This document shows, piece after piece, positions 9,366 through 17,770 of a DNA stretch of 39,944 nucleotides. Source of the stretch: Polyangiales bacterium (GTDB taxonomy: Bacteria > Myxococcota_A > Polyangia > Polyangiales > Houyiibacteriaceae); NCBI GenBank assembly GCA_045106895.1, contig JBGCFM010000187.1, positions 1 through 39,944 on the forward strand, in the 5' to 3' direction. Made by a program: the position numbers and the translations under genes. The notes beneath the pieces were generated by a model. That model was not told where the DNA came from, did no database searches, and saw only the letters and a program-made list of their open reading frames with translations. The first letter of the stretch is position 1; each line of letters opens with the position of its first letter.

Positions 9366-9491
9366 ACGCTTCGCTGGGTTCCTGCTGGCTTGTTCGTTCG
9401 CGCTCCCCAATTGGTGCGTCGGTGGTCAGTTTCGTGTCCACACGGACACGCGCTTGCGAGCACAACGCAATAAACACCGAGGATCAGCGCA

Positions 9492-9507
9492 TGGCACGTC
9501 TGCTGCT
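9492..9507 (+). promoter_or_regulatory. Sigma-54 (-24/-12) promoter
   Basis: TGGCACG-TCTG-CTGCT is a near-perfect match to TGGCACG-N4-TTGCW. It is followed by GGAGA and ATG 9536. Confidence 0.75.
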
Positions 9508-9535
9508 TTGTGTTGGGGCCATGGAGAACGCAATC

Positions 9536-10150
9536 ATGAATCCCCTCAATCTTCGTCTCATGACCTCCCACGCACTCGCGATGGCGGTGGCTGCACTTTT
9601 GGCCCTCGCCCTCGGTGGCTGCGGCAGCGAAAGCGGTGAACACGCGACGTCGGTGACGCCGGAAGTCGCCGCGGGTTCTCACGAGAGCGTGCCGCCCTTG
9701 GTGAGCAACACCATCGACCTCGACGAGCCCGAGGTCGCCCCCGCCGTTCAGGAACCTGTTGTTCCGGAGCCCGCCGTTCGGGAGCCCGTCGCTGAGGCGG
9801 CGGCCGCGGACATCGAGGTGCGCCGAATCATCGCGACTACCGGCATCGAAAACCGTGAGCCCGTCGAAGCTCGGGAGCGCTTTGATGTCGGCGAGCTCGA
9901 GCACAACGGCCGCGTCTACGCCTTCTTCGATGTGCGCAATGAGTCCGATGCCGCCGCTCATGTGAACGCTGTCTTCGTTAGCCCCAGCGGTCGCGCTCAC
10001 GGCCAGGTGGAGCTGACTATCCCCGCGAACGCTCGCCGCTGGCGAACGTGGGCTTACACCCGAGCCCTCGCCACCGGTACCTGGGACATCGAGCTACGCG
10101 CCGCCGACGGAACGGTGCTCTCGGAGACTCGCTTTGAAGTTCAGGACTAG
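9536..10150 (+). CDS. DUF2914 domain lipoprotein
   Basis: RBS GGAGA, signal peptide with lipobox LGGC, Pro/Glu/Val/Ala linker, and a C-terminal domain with GIENREPV and RRWRTW-x-Y...GTWDIEL, characteristic of DUF2914. Confidence 0.82.
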   Translation: MNPLNLRLMTSHALAMAVAALLALALGGCGSESGEHATSVTPEVAAGSHESVPPLVSNTIDLDEPEVAPAVQEPVVPEPAVREPVAEAAAADIEVRRIIATTGIENREPVEARERFDVGELEHNGRVYAFFDVRNESDAAAHVNAVFVSPSGRAHGQVELTIPANARRWRTWAYTRALATGTWDIELRAADGTVLSETRFEVQD

Positions 10151-10965
10151 AACGTAATATTGCGCGGGTCGGCGAAACGCTCGCCTCGTTCCAGAGCATC
10201 GATGCTCTTCATGTCGACGTCTTCGAGTTCAAACTCGAAGACGTCGGCGTTTGCGCGAATGCGCCCTTCGTTGGTGGACTTGGGGATCGTGACGAACCCC
10301 TTCTGCAGCGCCCAGCGAATCACCACCTGAGCGGCCGAGCGTCCGTGCTTGTCGCCAACCTTCGCGAAGAGTGGCTCGTCTTTGAACTTGCCTTGAATGA
10401 GCGGGCTCCAGCCTTGAACGACGACACCGAGGGACTCGCACTGGGCGACAACATCGCGCTGCTGCAGGTACGGGTGTAGCTCGATTTGGTTTACCGCTGG
10501 CGTGGCGCCGCCCTTGATGAGCTCCTCCATGTGCTCCGTCATGAAGTTGCTCACTCCGATGGAGCGACAGAGGCCTTCCTCGCGCATCTTCTGAAGCTCG
10601 TTCCACGCCTCGATGCGGCCGTCCACGGGCCAGTGCAGGAGGTAGAGGTCGACGTAGTCGAGGCCGAGCTTCTCTAGACTTGTTTGAAGTCCTTCGCGTG
10701 CTTTCCCTTGTCGAATGTCGTCGTTCCAGAGCTTCGTCGTGACCCAGATGTCTTCGCGCGGGACCTTCGCGTCGCGGAGCGCCTGGCCGACGCCTTCTTC
10801 ATTTTGGTAGATGGCCGCCGTGTCGATGTGGCGGTAGCCCGCCTCGAGCGCCCAGCGAACGGCGTTGACCTCGTCGCCATCGCGTGACTGCCAAACTCCT
10901 AGGCCGAGCATTGGAAACTCACGTCCGTCGTGGAGCGTGCGCGTAGATTGTAGAGAGAGACTCAT
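10147..10965 (-). CDS. Aldo/keto reductase (2,5-diketo-D-gluconate reductase-like)
   Basis: GLGVWQ, GYRHIDTAAIY, VTTKLW, DLYLLHWP, IGVSNF, NQIELHP, IPKS. Confidence 0.95.
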   Translation of the reverse strand: MSLSLQSTRTLHDGREFPMLGLGVWQSRDGDEVNAVRWALEAGYRHIDTAAIYQNEEGVGQALRDAKVPREDIWVTTKLWNDDIRQGKAREGLQTSLEKLGLDYVDLYLLHWPVDGRIEAWNELQKMREEGLCRSIGVSNFMTEHMEELIKGGATPAVNQIELHPYLQQRDVVAQCESLGVVVQGWSPLIQGKFKDEPLFAKVGDKHGRSAAQVVIRWALQKGFVTIPKSTNEGRIRANADVFEFELEDVDMKSIDALERGERFADPRNITF

Positions 10966-11016
10966 GGGCCACCACCTAAGGCGACCCATGGGAACGTCAA
11001 CACCTAAGAAGATGGG

Positions 11017-11883
11017 CTAGTGAAGCTCGACGAGCGTCGGCGCCACGCTCGTTTGAACCGTGAGCTCAATCGTACGTGGAAGCGCCGCGCAACGGGCCCG
11101 AAGGCTTGGTTGCTGCATTCGAACGTGAAGCGTAGTGCCGTCGAGGCTGGTCCAGAGCGGCAAGGGCTCCTGAGCGCCACAAGGGTCCGGGACCGTCACA
11201 CGAATGGTCGCGAGCTGCGTCTGCGCATCCCATTCGATGGTGGTCTCGGTGGCTTCCCGGTTGGGCTCACCTTGGTCCGTGTACAGGGAGGAGAGGAGCG
11301 TTCCGGGAAGGGCCGAGGCCTGCAGGCTTCCCTCGACGGTGGCATGCGCGAGGACGTCGCCGGCGCCGAAGGCAACTCCATAGCGACCCGCGGGGAGCGC
11401 TCCCACGTGCGCCACGGCGGAGTAGCGCATCATGCAGTGCGCGTTGATAGCGCTGGGTCGTTGGTGCAGTCGAATCACGGAAGCTTCGCCATCGGTTTCA
11501 AGTCGCGCGAAGAACGAAGGCGCCGCGCTGCACAGTCCGCCGAGGTTGCTGGCGGTGATGGACACGACGCCGTTGGCGTGCGCGACGAGCTGCAGTTCCG
11601 TCGTGGAAGGCTCTCCCTGCGCCACGGCCTCGAGCAACTCTGGGCGCTCCTGGACGTCGCCCATCACCACTGGAAGCGCGACGCCCGCCGAGGGGATCGC
11701 GATGGCCTCCGCCCGCTCGCTTGGCAGAGGAGGTGCTGCGAGCGCTTCGGCGCTTGGCGCTTCGGCGCTTGGCGCTTCGCTCGACTCGGCGGACGGCGCG
11801 TGGTGATCCAGCGCGTCGTCACACCCGATGAGGAGCGAGAGTAGGGGGAGAAGAAAGGAAAGGCTGTTGCTCAAGAGGGTCAT
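11017..11883 (-). CDS. Hypothetical lipoprotein with two similar Cys-pair beta domains
   Basis: ATG 11883 preceded by GGAG. Lipobox LIGC followed by DD, then an EAPSA repeat linker and two segments that each contain C-x~30-C. Confidence 0.75.
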   Translation of the reverse strand: MTLLSNSLSFLLPLLSLLIGCDDALDHHAPSAESSEAPSAEAPSAEALAAPPLPSERAEAIAIPSAGVALPVVMGDVQERPELLEAVAQGEPSTTELQLVAHANGVVSITASNLGGLCSAAPSFFARLETDGEASVIRLHQRPSAINAHCMMRYSAVAHVGALPAGRYGVAFGAGDVLAHATVEGSLQASALPGTLLSSLYTDQGEPNREATETTIEWDAQTQLATIRVTVPDPCGAQEPLPLWTSLDGTTLHVRMQQPSLRARCAALPRTIELTVQTSVAPTLVELH

Positions 11884-11989
11884 TGGGTGCTCCGTTGTGT
11901 GGAGATGGGACCCCTGTCTCTCACATATCATTGGCTCTTTTGTTTCGTGGCAAACGTCTTTCTTCGCTCGCGTGGACGCCTGCAGGGTC

Positions 11990-12004
11990 GCGAGCAACGC
12001 GCCG
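11990..12004 (-). promoter_or_regulatory. Possible sigma-54 promoter for the 11883 lipoprotein
   Basis: Minus strand CGGCGCG-TTGC-TCGC keeps the GG-N10-GC spacing and has an A/T-rich tract immediately upstream (12009-12032). Several mismatches to consensus. Confidence 0.35.
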
Positions 12005-12274
12005 ATACCAAGAAAAGATGAACTTTCTTTTTGGCGCGACGGCGTGTCACAAGAAGTGAACGCTCGTTCTCGAGTTTCTCTGTGGCTCCGCTCGTTTCCT
12101 TCGTTTTGCATTGGAGCGACGATGCGTTTCGAGAAGGCCCCGGCGAGCCTTGTGACCGGGTGTTCGCAGTGACGCGGACGCCTCCGCCGACGATCGCAAC
12201 GCGCGATGAATAGGCCGTGCGACGCCGCGTCGGAGCGCCGCGCGATTCAGCGCGTGAAGCAAAGTGGGGTTCCT

Positions 12275-13072
12275 ATGCGAAGTGCGATCTGGTTGTCTGT
12301 CCTGTGTCTATCTCTTGGCGCGTGCGGTGCAGTAAACCGTCAGATTATTCTTGAAGAGCGTGAGGACCCGGGAGACATGATGGCGGCGATTCACGCTGCA
12401 TGCGTGGCGCGTGGCTTCGACGCACGCCTCCGCGAAGAACGGCAGGTGAGCTTCCACCTCGATCGCGAACTCGGAACACGCCTCTTCTTTCAAGCAAAAC
12501 GACGGGGCGTTGTGCTCGTGGTTCGCGCCGCTGGCGGAGAAGAAGTGGCTCCGGAGCAGACCGAATCGGAGCTTCAACGCGCCGAAGTCCTCGGGCGGGA
12601 GATCATGCGCGAGGCGCATGTCGTCTATGCACGCATGCAGCAGGAAGAAGCTGAACGGGAGCGCGCCGAGGCCATCGAGGACGAGCGCCGGGCGCAGCAA
12701 CGCGCTCAGGACCGCGAAGCGAATCAAGCCAACCAGGCGCGCCTTCGCGATTTCATGGAAGGAAACCGTCGCCGAAACGAGGCCAACAGAGTCGGCTTCG
12801 ACGCCGAGCCCGAGCCGACGACGCAGCCCGCCGCGGTGGACCACGCGGGCGGAGGGTCAAGCCGGTCGAGTGGTGGCTCGAGCGCTCGATGCTGCATCAA
12901 CGGCGCCTACTACGAGTGCCCGAACGCCGCGGCGCTCGACCAGTGCGCTGGTCGCTTCGCCCGCTGCGTGAGCGCTTGCGGCATGAGCTGCATGGAAGAG
13001 TGCCTTCAAAGCGACCCGCCGGACCCTTCCTCGTGCACGCGGGTCACGGGCCGCGACGGCGAGTGTTCCTAG
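12275..13072 (+). CDS. Hypothetical lipoprotein with coiled coil and Cys-rich C-terminal domain
   Basis: Signal MRSAIWLSVLCLSLGAC, Glu/Arg/Gln-rich helical middle, and a C-terminal CCINGAYYEC...C domain with 11 Cys. Confidence 0.8.
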   Translation: MRSAIWLSVLCLSLGACGAVNRQIILEEREDPGDMMAAIHAACVARGFDARLREERQVSFHLDRELGTRLFFQAKRRGVVLVVRAAGGEEVAPEQTESELQRAEVLGREIMREAHVVYARMQQEEAERERAEAIEDERRAQQRAQDREANQANQARLRDFMEGNRRRNEANRVGFDAEPEPTTQPAAVDHAGGGSSRSSGGSSARCCINGAYYECPNAAALDQCAGRFARCVSACGMSCMEECLQSDPPDPSSCTRVTGRDGECS

Positions 13073-13128
13073 GTTGGGGAACAGCTGGTGTCCCTCGAGT
13101 TCGACGCGGTACGCTGGTCGTAAGCGAC

Positions 13129-13312
13129 ACCGTGACGGATCACGACCCGGACTTCCTCGAGGAGCATGTGCTCCGAGAGCCGTGATTCCCTCGCTGGCGG
13201 TGCGAAAACCCCGGCTGCCTTCAACGTTGCGCCAGAGGAGTTCCGCCGCATCGTTGAAACGACCGGCGAGGATCCCGATGCGTGGTCCGAGATCTTCGCC
13301 TGGGTCGACTAG
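13129..13312 (+). pseudogene. Possible gene remnant or small ORF
   Basis: Coding-like fragments in two frames: DTVTDHDPDFLEEHVLREP* and MCSESRDSLAGGAKTPAAFNVAPEEFRRIVETTGEDPDAWSEIFAWVD* (13166..13312). Confidence 0.3.
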
Positions 13313-13317
13313 CGAAA

Positions 13318-14757
13318 TCAGAGTCGTGGTGCGGAGCAGCCGCTTCCGATGCCGCTCGGCATCGTCAATGTGAAGGAGGTCTGGCCGACATAGGACTCGG
13401 GGCCGATCTCGCAGGTCTCCACGGAGCCATCCACGACGAAGCTAAAGATCCGCGTGATCTCTGCGTTCGCCGAACAGCCACTTCCCATGATGAGAGCTCG
13501 CGTGCTGGTGGTTCGGAAGTTCCCCGATTCAAGGATGACGGGCGCGGACGTTTCGTTTTCATAGATTTGACGGACGCGCACGCGAGCACTGCGAAGAGAC
13601 CCGGAGAAATCCAAGGCCGACCCGTCGAATATGTAGCGTTCGTCGTCCCCAAAACATGAGCACCGTTCGCCGCCCGTCGAGACCGAAGAACACTCCGCCG
13701 GCGCTGTGCAGGGCCCGCCCGTTCCGCAGGACGCGCCAACGCACGAGCCGCCCTCGCACGATTCGCTCCCACTGCATCGGCCACACGAGCCTCCACACCC
13801 GTCGCTTCCGCAATCACGACCTGAGCAGCTCGGGACACAGTTCGCGACGCATGAGCCGCTATCGCTGCACGACTCTCGGCTGCCGCAGCGGCCACACGAG
13901 CCTCCGCAACCGTCGCTTCCGCATTCACGACCCGAGCAGTCCGGGGTGCACACGCCGACGCAAGAACCGTCTGCGCAGTTCTCTCCACCGCCGCATGTGC
14001 CGCAGGTCCCGCCGCAGCCGTCCGCTCCGCACTCGCGTCCGCTGCATCGCGGCGCACACCCGGAAACGCAGCGCCCCTCGGAGCAAGCTTCTCCAACCCC
14101 GCAGGTCCCGCAGCTGCCGCCACATCCGTTGTCGCCACAGACAGCGTCGCCGCAGCTTGGGGCGCAGTCCACGCAGTCGAGGTCGTCGACGCAACCCGGA
14201 TCCGGGCAGATGCCATCTGGGATGTCGTCGCAGTAACAGCCAGCCTCGAGGCCGTCGCTCTCGTCCAAACAAACCGCACCCGGCGCGCAATCTGCGTTTT
14301 GCGCGAAGACACCGTCCAAACAGAAAACAGCCGTCTGATCGCCCGTGCAGAACATTTGACCGTCGGGAACGCTGCCGCAGTCACACCATGTGAAAGGACT
14401 CCCGTCTTCTTCCGCTTCGAAGTCGGCGCAGCTGCCCCCGTGGGAGGAACAATCGACCACGACGTCGCCCTCGCAGCTCACGGCGATGTTGTCCTCGCAG
14501 GTGGCGAAATCGCAAGTTGGAGTACCCGCTTCACATGTGAAAGTTGTCCGATCGCAGACGAGACCTGCGGGGCAGTCATCGTCGATCATGCACGACATCA
14601 GAGGCCCACTATCTGGCCTCGGTTCGCCAACGTCAGCCTGACCCGAGGCGTCATGCGGTACCGAGGCGTCCATGAGAGCGTCGTCGTCACCGCAGGCGAG
14701 GGCACCGCAGGCGAGGGAAAGCACCAAGAGGGGGACTACCGGGATTGAGAAGTTCAT
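13318..14757 (-). CDS. Cys-rich repeat lipoprotein (myxobacterial CGxDGCGGxCGxC repeats)
   Basis: Lipobox ALAC followed by GDDD, an acidic linker, four tandem 8-Cys repeats and a non-repetitive C-terminal domain. Confidence 0.88.
   Translation of the reverse strand: MNFSIPVVPLLVLSLACGALACGDDDALMDASVPHDASGQADVGEPRPDSGPLMSCMIDDDCPAGLVCDRTTFTCEAGTPTCDFATCEDNIAVSCEGDVVVDCSSHGGSCADFEAEEDGSPFTWCDCGSVPDGQMFCTGDQTAVFCLDGVFAQNADCAPGAVCLDESDGLEAGCYCDDIPDGICPDPGCVDDLDCVDCAPSCGDAVCGDNGCGGSCGTCGVGEACSEGRCVSGCAPRCSGRECGADGCGGTCGTCGGGENCADGSCVGVCTPDCSGRECGSDGCGGSCGRCGSRESCSDSGSCVANCVPSCSGRDCGSDGCGGSCGRCSGSESCEGGSCVGASCGTGGPCTAPAECSSVSTGGERCSCFGDDERYIFDGSALDFSGSLRSARVRVRQIYENETSAPVILESGNFRTTSTRALIMGSGCSANAEITRIFSFVVDGSVETCEIGPESYVGQTSFTLTMPSGIGSGCSAPRL
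13738..14166 (-). repeat. Four intragenic tandem repeats of ~108 bp (36-37 aa)
   Basis: Consensus CxPxCSGRECGxDGCGGSCGxCxxxExCxxGxCV occurs four times. Confidence 0.9.
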
Positions 14758-14891
14758 CCCCGCCGACTAGTGGCGCCGCGGAGGCTGAACAAGTCAGTGT
14801 TCTAATACGTCGTATGGCGCGACGACGATACTCGAGCTGAACGAATCGGAGGAGAGAGCCCGCTCACGACGTCTGAGTTTTCACCAACCTG

Positions 14892-15797
14892 CTAGAGCTG
14901 GCCCGCCGTGAAGGTGTCGCACTGGCTCGCGTCTCCGGAGGAGAAACCTTGGCGGAACCAGCGCACGCGCTGCTCGGATGATCCGTGGGTCCAGCTCTCG
15001 GGGGAGACCGCGCCACCGGAGCGTCGCTGAAGCGTGTCGTCGCCGATGGCGGCAGCGGCGCGCAGTCCTTCTTCGATGTCGCCGGGTTCGAGGAGCTGCC
15101 GCTCGCGGTGCGCATGATGTGCCCATACGCCGGCGAAGCAGTCCGCTTGGAGTTCTTGGCGCACGGAGAGTTGGTTGCCTTCTTCTCGAGAGACGCGGCG
15201 CCGCTGAGAATGAACACGGTCGCTGATGCCCATCAGTTTCTGAACGTGGTGGCCAACCTCGTGGGCGATGACATACGCCTGGGCGAAGTCTCCGGGAGCG
15301 CCGAAACGTCGGTCGAGGTCGTCGAAGAATGAGAGGTCGATGTAGACCTTGAGATCACCCGGGCAGTAGAAGGGGCCGACGGCTGCGGTGTTACGTCCGC
15401 ACGCAGAGTCGACGCTGCCGCGAAAGAGCACAAGCTGTGGCACGCGATAGCTCCGTCCCTGGGCCCGGAACAGCTGAGCCCAGACATCTTCGGTGTCGGC
15501 GAGGACGACGGTGGCGAAATCGGCGAGCTCGTCTTGTTCGGGGCTCGGCGCTGGACTTGCACCGGACGAAGCGCTCCCGCCGCTTCCGCCGCTGCTGCCG
15601 CTGCCCGCGACGGCCTGGAGCAGCGAGGATGGGTCCTTGCCCATGAGCGCCATGCCCACCGCGATGACCACGACGACGAGCATGCCGCCGCCGCCGAGCT
15701 TGATACCGCGTCCTCCTCGACCGCCGCCGCCGCCGCTACCTCCCTGAGCTCGTCGGTCGTCTACGTTCGAGCTTCGTCGTCCTTGTTGCCAGCGCAT
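14892..15797 (-). CDS. ypfJ: Neutral zinc metallopeptidase (YpfJ family)
   Basis: MRW..R.SSNVDDRR N-terminus, GPFYCPGD, GDFAQAYVIAHEVGHHVQ (HExxH), ELQADCFAG, IGDD, THGSSEQR. Confidence 0.92.
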   Translation of the reverse strand: MRWQQGRRSSNVDDRRAQGGSGGGGGRGGRGIKLGGGGMLVVVVIAVGMALMGKDPSSLLQAVAGSGSSGGSGGSASSGASPAPSPEQDELADFATVVLADTEDVWAQLFRAQGRSYRVPQLVLFRGSVDSACGRNTAAVGPFYCPGDLKVYIDLSFFDDLDRRFGAPGDFAQAYVIAHEVGHHVQKLMGISDRVHSQRRRVSREEGNQLSVRQELQADCFAGVWAHHAHRERQLLEPGDIEEGLRAAAAIGDDTLQRRSGGAVSPESWTHGSSEQRVRWFRQGFSSGDASQCDTFTAGQL

Positions 15798-15829
15798 GCA
15801 ACGCGTCTATCAGGTTGCTCGCGTGGGTG

Positions 15830-16705
15830 CTACACGCGGCGGAGTTCGCACAGGATAGCGAAGTGATCCGAGGGAAAGAGCCGACGATCCGGCGTCACCG
15901 GTGTGTCCCCCACGATCTCGATGCTCTCTCCGCGCCAGCTCTCGGAGCGCAGGAGCACGCGGTCGAGTCGCCGACTTCCTTCGCCCACGAAGGAGCTAAC
16001 CCGGGCCATTTCGCTCCGTTCAATGTCCCAGGTGTAGCCCACCTCGCCGGGATGAAGGGCGTTCCAGACGTCGACGTAGGTAGCGTCCAGGTGCGACGTG
16101 TCCGGCTCTTCGCCTTCGCCGAAGTTGAGGTCGCCGCACAGAACACGCGTGGCGCTCGTCCGCCGGTTGAGCGCACCAAAGATCGCGTCGAGCTGAAGGG
16201 CGCGCGTCGGCCCGTCTTCGAGGAAGCTCTCCATGTGCGTCGTCGCAAGAGCGATGGACTCGTCGTCGCCGACATCGACGTCCACCACGAGCGCCGTCCG
16301 CTGTTGCCGTCCGCGTAGGTTCACGGAGTACGGATTCGTCACGGGGATCTTGGACAGGAACGCTTGGCCACCACGGTCTGCGCCGCGTCCGGCGACTTCG
16401 CAGAACGAGTACTCCCGCGTCCACGCTTCGCGCTCCGCCGCCTCGAGAAACCATGGCGCAACTTCTTGAAGCGCGATGACATCGGCGCGGGCGTCGCGCA
16501 TCTCTTGAAAGAGCGGTGGCAGTCTTTGGTCAAGGTGAACGGGGTCCGCCAAGACGTTGTAGCTCAGAAGGCGCAGCGAGTTTTGCTGCGGCCGGTTCGA
16601 AGTGCGCGCGCTCGCCGCCGAACTCGGATGTGTGTTCGCGGGCGCCGACTCCGAGCCGCAGGCGAACAGTCCAAGGGTGCTGGCGAGGAAGGAACGGCGA
16701 CGCAC
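15830..16705 (-). CDS. Endonuclease/exonuclease/phosphatase family protein (TDP2-like) with Tat-lipoprotein signal
   Basis: SYNV, ALQEV, TTHMES, GDLN, YTWD, RLDR, PSDH. N-terminus MRRRSFLASTLGLFAC. Confidence 0.9.
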   Translation of the reverse strand: MRRRSFLASTLGLFACGSESAPANTHPSSAASARTSNRPQQNSLRLLSYNVLADPVHLDQRLPPLFQEMRDARADVIALQEVAPWFLEAAEREAWTREYSFCEVAGRGADRGGQAFLSKIPVTNPYSVNLRGRQQRTALVVDVDVGDDESIALATTHMESFLEDGPTRALQLDAIFGALNRRTSATRVLCGDLNFGEGEEPDTSHLDATYVDVWNALHPGEVGYTWDIERSEMARVSSFVGEGSRRLDRVLLRSESWRGESIEIVGDTPVTPDRRLFPSDHFAILCELRRV

Positions 16706-16748
16706 GGGGTTAGGTTAGCACGCAGAACCGCCGCCGAGATTCACCCTA

Positions 16749-16778
16749 CGGGAATACTCGTCCGCGGGAATACTCGTC
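16749..16778. repeat. Two-copy direct repeat in a divergent intergenic region
   Basis: CGGGAATACTCGTC at 16749..16762 and 16765..16778 (16-bp period). Confidence 0.8.
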
Positions 16779-16842
16779 GCGGTTCCGTTGTCTCTCGTGA
16801 GGTTCCGGTAAGCGTTCGCGTAAGCCCAGTCCACAAGACACC

Positions 16843-17253
16843 ATGAAGACGACGGTTTGACTCTGCTTTGTTTGCGTGTCTTGCGTCGGCCTGGGGTACT
16901 GGGCGACGGCAGCCTCGGCCAGACAGCACAACGCTCTCGTTCACTGCTCCCCGGCAACCGCTAGCGTGTGGTTCGACATTGGCGGCATTGGCCAACTCAA
17001 TCCGTACAGCCGCGCAAGAGGTTCTTTTGAGAGCGTTCAGGAGTTCGCCAGTTCCTGCGGAGTCGAACTCGAAGACCTTCTCTCCTCCGAGTACCCCGTG
17101 CCCAACTTCAACGTCTTATTGCCCGACGCCGAGGATTGGCACGGAGCGCCCGTCCTGTATCGCACGGAAGACCATGGCGACTGGTACCGAGGGTTCGTTG
17201 TCCGGACCACGAGCTCCGGCGTCGAGGTGTTGTCGGGCGGCGGCATCATGTAA
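16843..17253 (+). pseudogene. Secreted hypothetical protein interrupted by an in-frame TGA at codon 6
   Basis: ATG 16843 reads MKTTV*LCFVCVSCVGLGYWATAASA, in frame with ORF 16876..17253. The stop lies inside an otherwise normal signal peptide ending in A-S-A. Confidence 0.55.
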
Positions 17254-17266
17254 CAGTAGTCGCTCG

Positions 17267-17719
17267 ATGAAGACGGTGGCGAAGTACGACGATTCTACGT
17301 GGCACTCAGGAGGTGAGTTCCCCGCTGACAAGCCGGCCCGGAACGGTGGAACGCACATCGCGCTCTTTCTACGCTGGTGCATGCTCCGAGGGCTCGTGGC
17401 CGAACGACATCGATCGAAGCCAGCAGCGCAGCTTGCAGCGTCTGGCGGCGCGTCCGCCGTCGACTATCTGTTCGATGAGTGTGATGGCTGCATCTTGCCC
17501 GAAGACCTTAGCGCGCGCGGGAACCGGTTCGCGCAGAGCTATTATCGCGCCCTCTACGACCACGACTGGGTCGACGTATACGACATGCCCCTCTACGGCG
17601 ACGAGCAGGACCACGACTTCTTCCTCCTCGTCGCGCGACTCGACCAGCGCTTGCTCGAAGCGGACTGCGGACGTCTCCCTGCTTTGAAGAGGCGTCGGCG
17701 GTTTTGGCGGCGAGACTAG
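17267..17719 (+). CDS. Conserved hypothetical protein (KYDD.WH.GG.FP family, immunity-like)
   Basis: C-terminal part of ORF 16868..17719. KYDDSTWHSGGEFP...GGTHIALFLRWC...DG....DL...GN.FA..YY matches a widespread small-protein family recognised from memory. Start ATG 17267 or GTG 17276. Confidence 0.75.
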   Translation: MKTVAKYDDSTWHSGGEFPADKPARNGGTHIALFLRWCMLRGLVAERHRSKPAAQLAASGGASAVDYLFDECDGCILPEDLSARGNRFAQSYYRALYDHDWVDVYDMPLYGDEQDHDFFLLVARLDQRLLEADCGRLPALKRRRRFWRRD

Positions 17720-17770
17720 CCCGGCAGAAAAACACGTGGCCGGCTCCGGACCCTCAGCTATCTCAACGCG

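Noticed and set aside
12112..12125. TGGAGCGACGATGC as a sigma-54 promoter for the 12275 gene
   Set aside because: The GG-to-GC spacing is one base short of the strict -24/-12 requirement.
12046..12156. Inverted 8-mer GTCACAAG / CTTGTGAC about 95 bp apart
   Set aside because: Too short to distinguish from chance, and it does not fit the ECF41-type TGTCACA-N16-CGTC spacing.
13738..14166. Regularly spaced DNA repeats as a possible CRISPR array
   Set aside because: The units are degenerate, codon-phased and encode Cys-rich protein repeats. There is no repeat-spacer structure and no cas gene.
16858..16860. In-frame TGA as selenocysteine or an alternative genetic code
   Set aside because: It lies in a signal peptide rather than a redox motif, I saw no convincing SECIS hairpin, and TGA is used as a normal stop in many other genes here.
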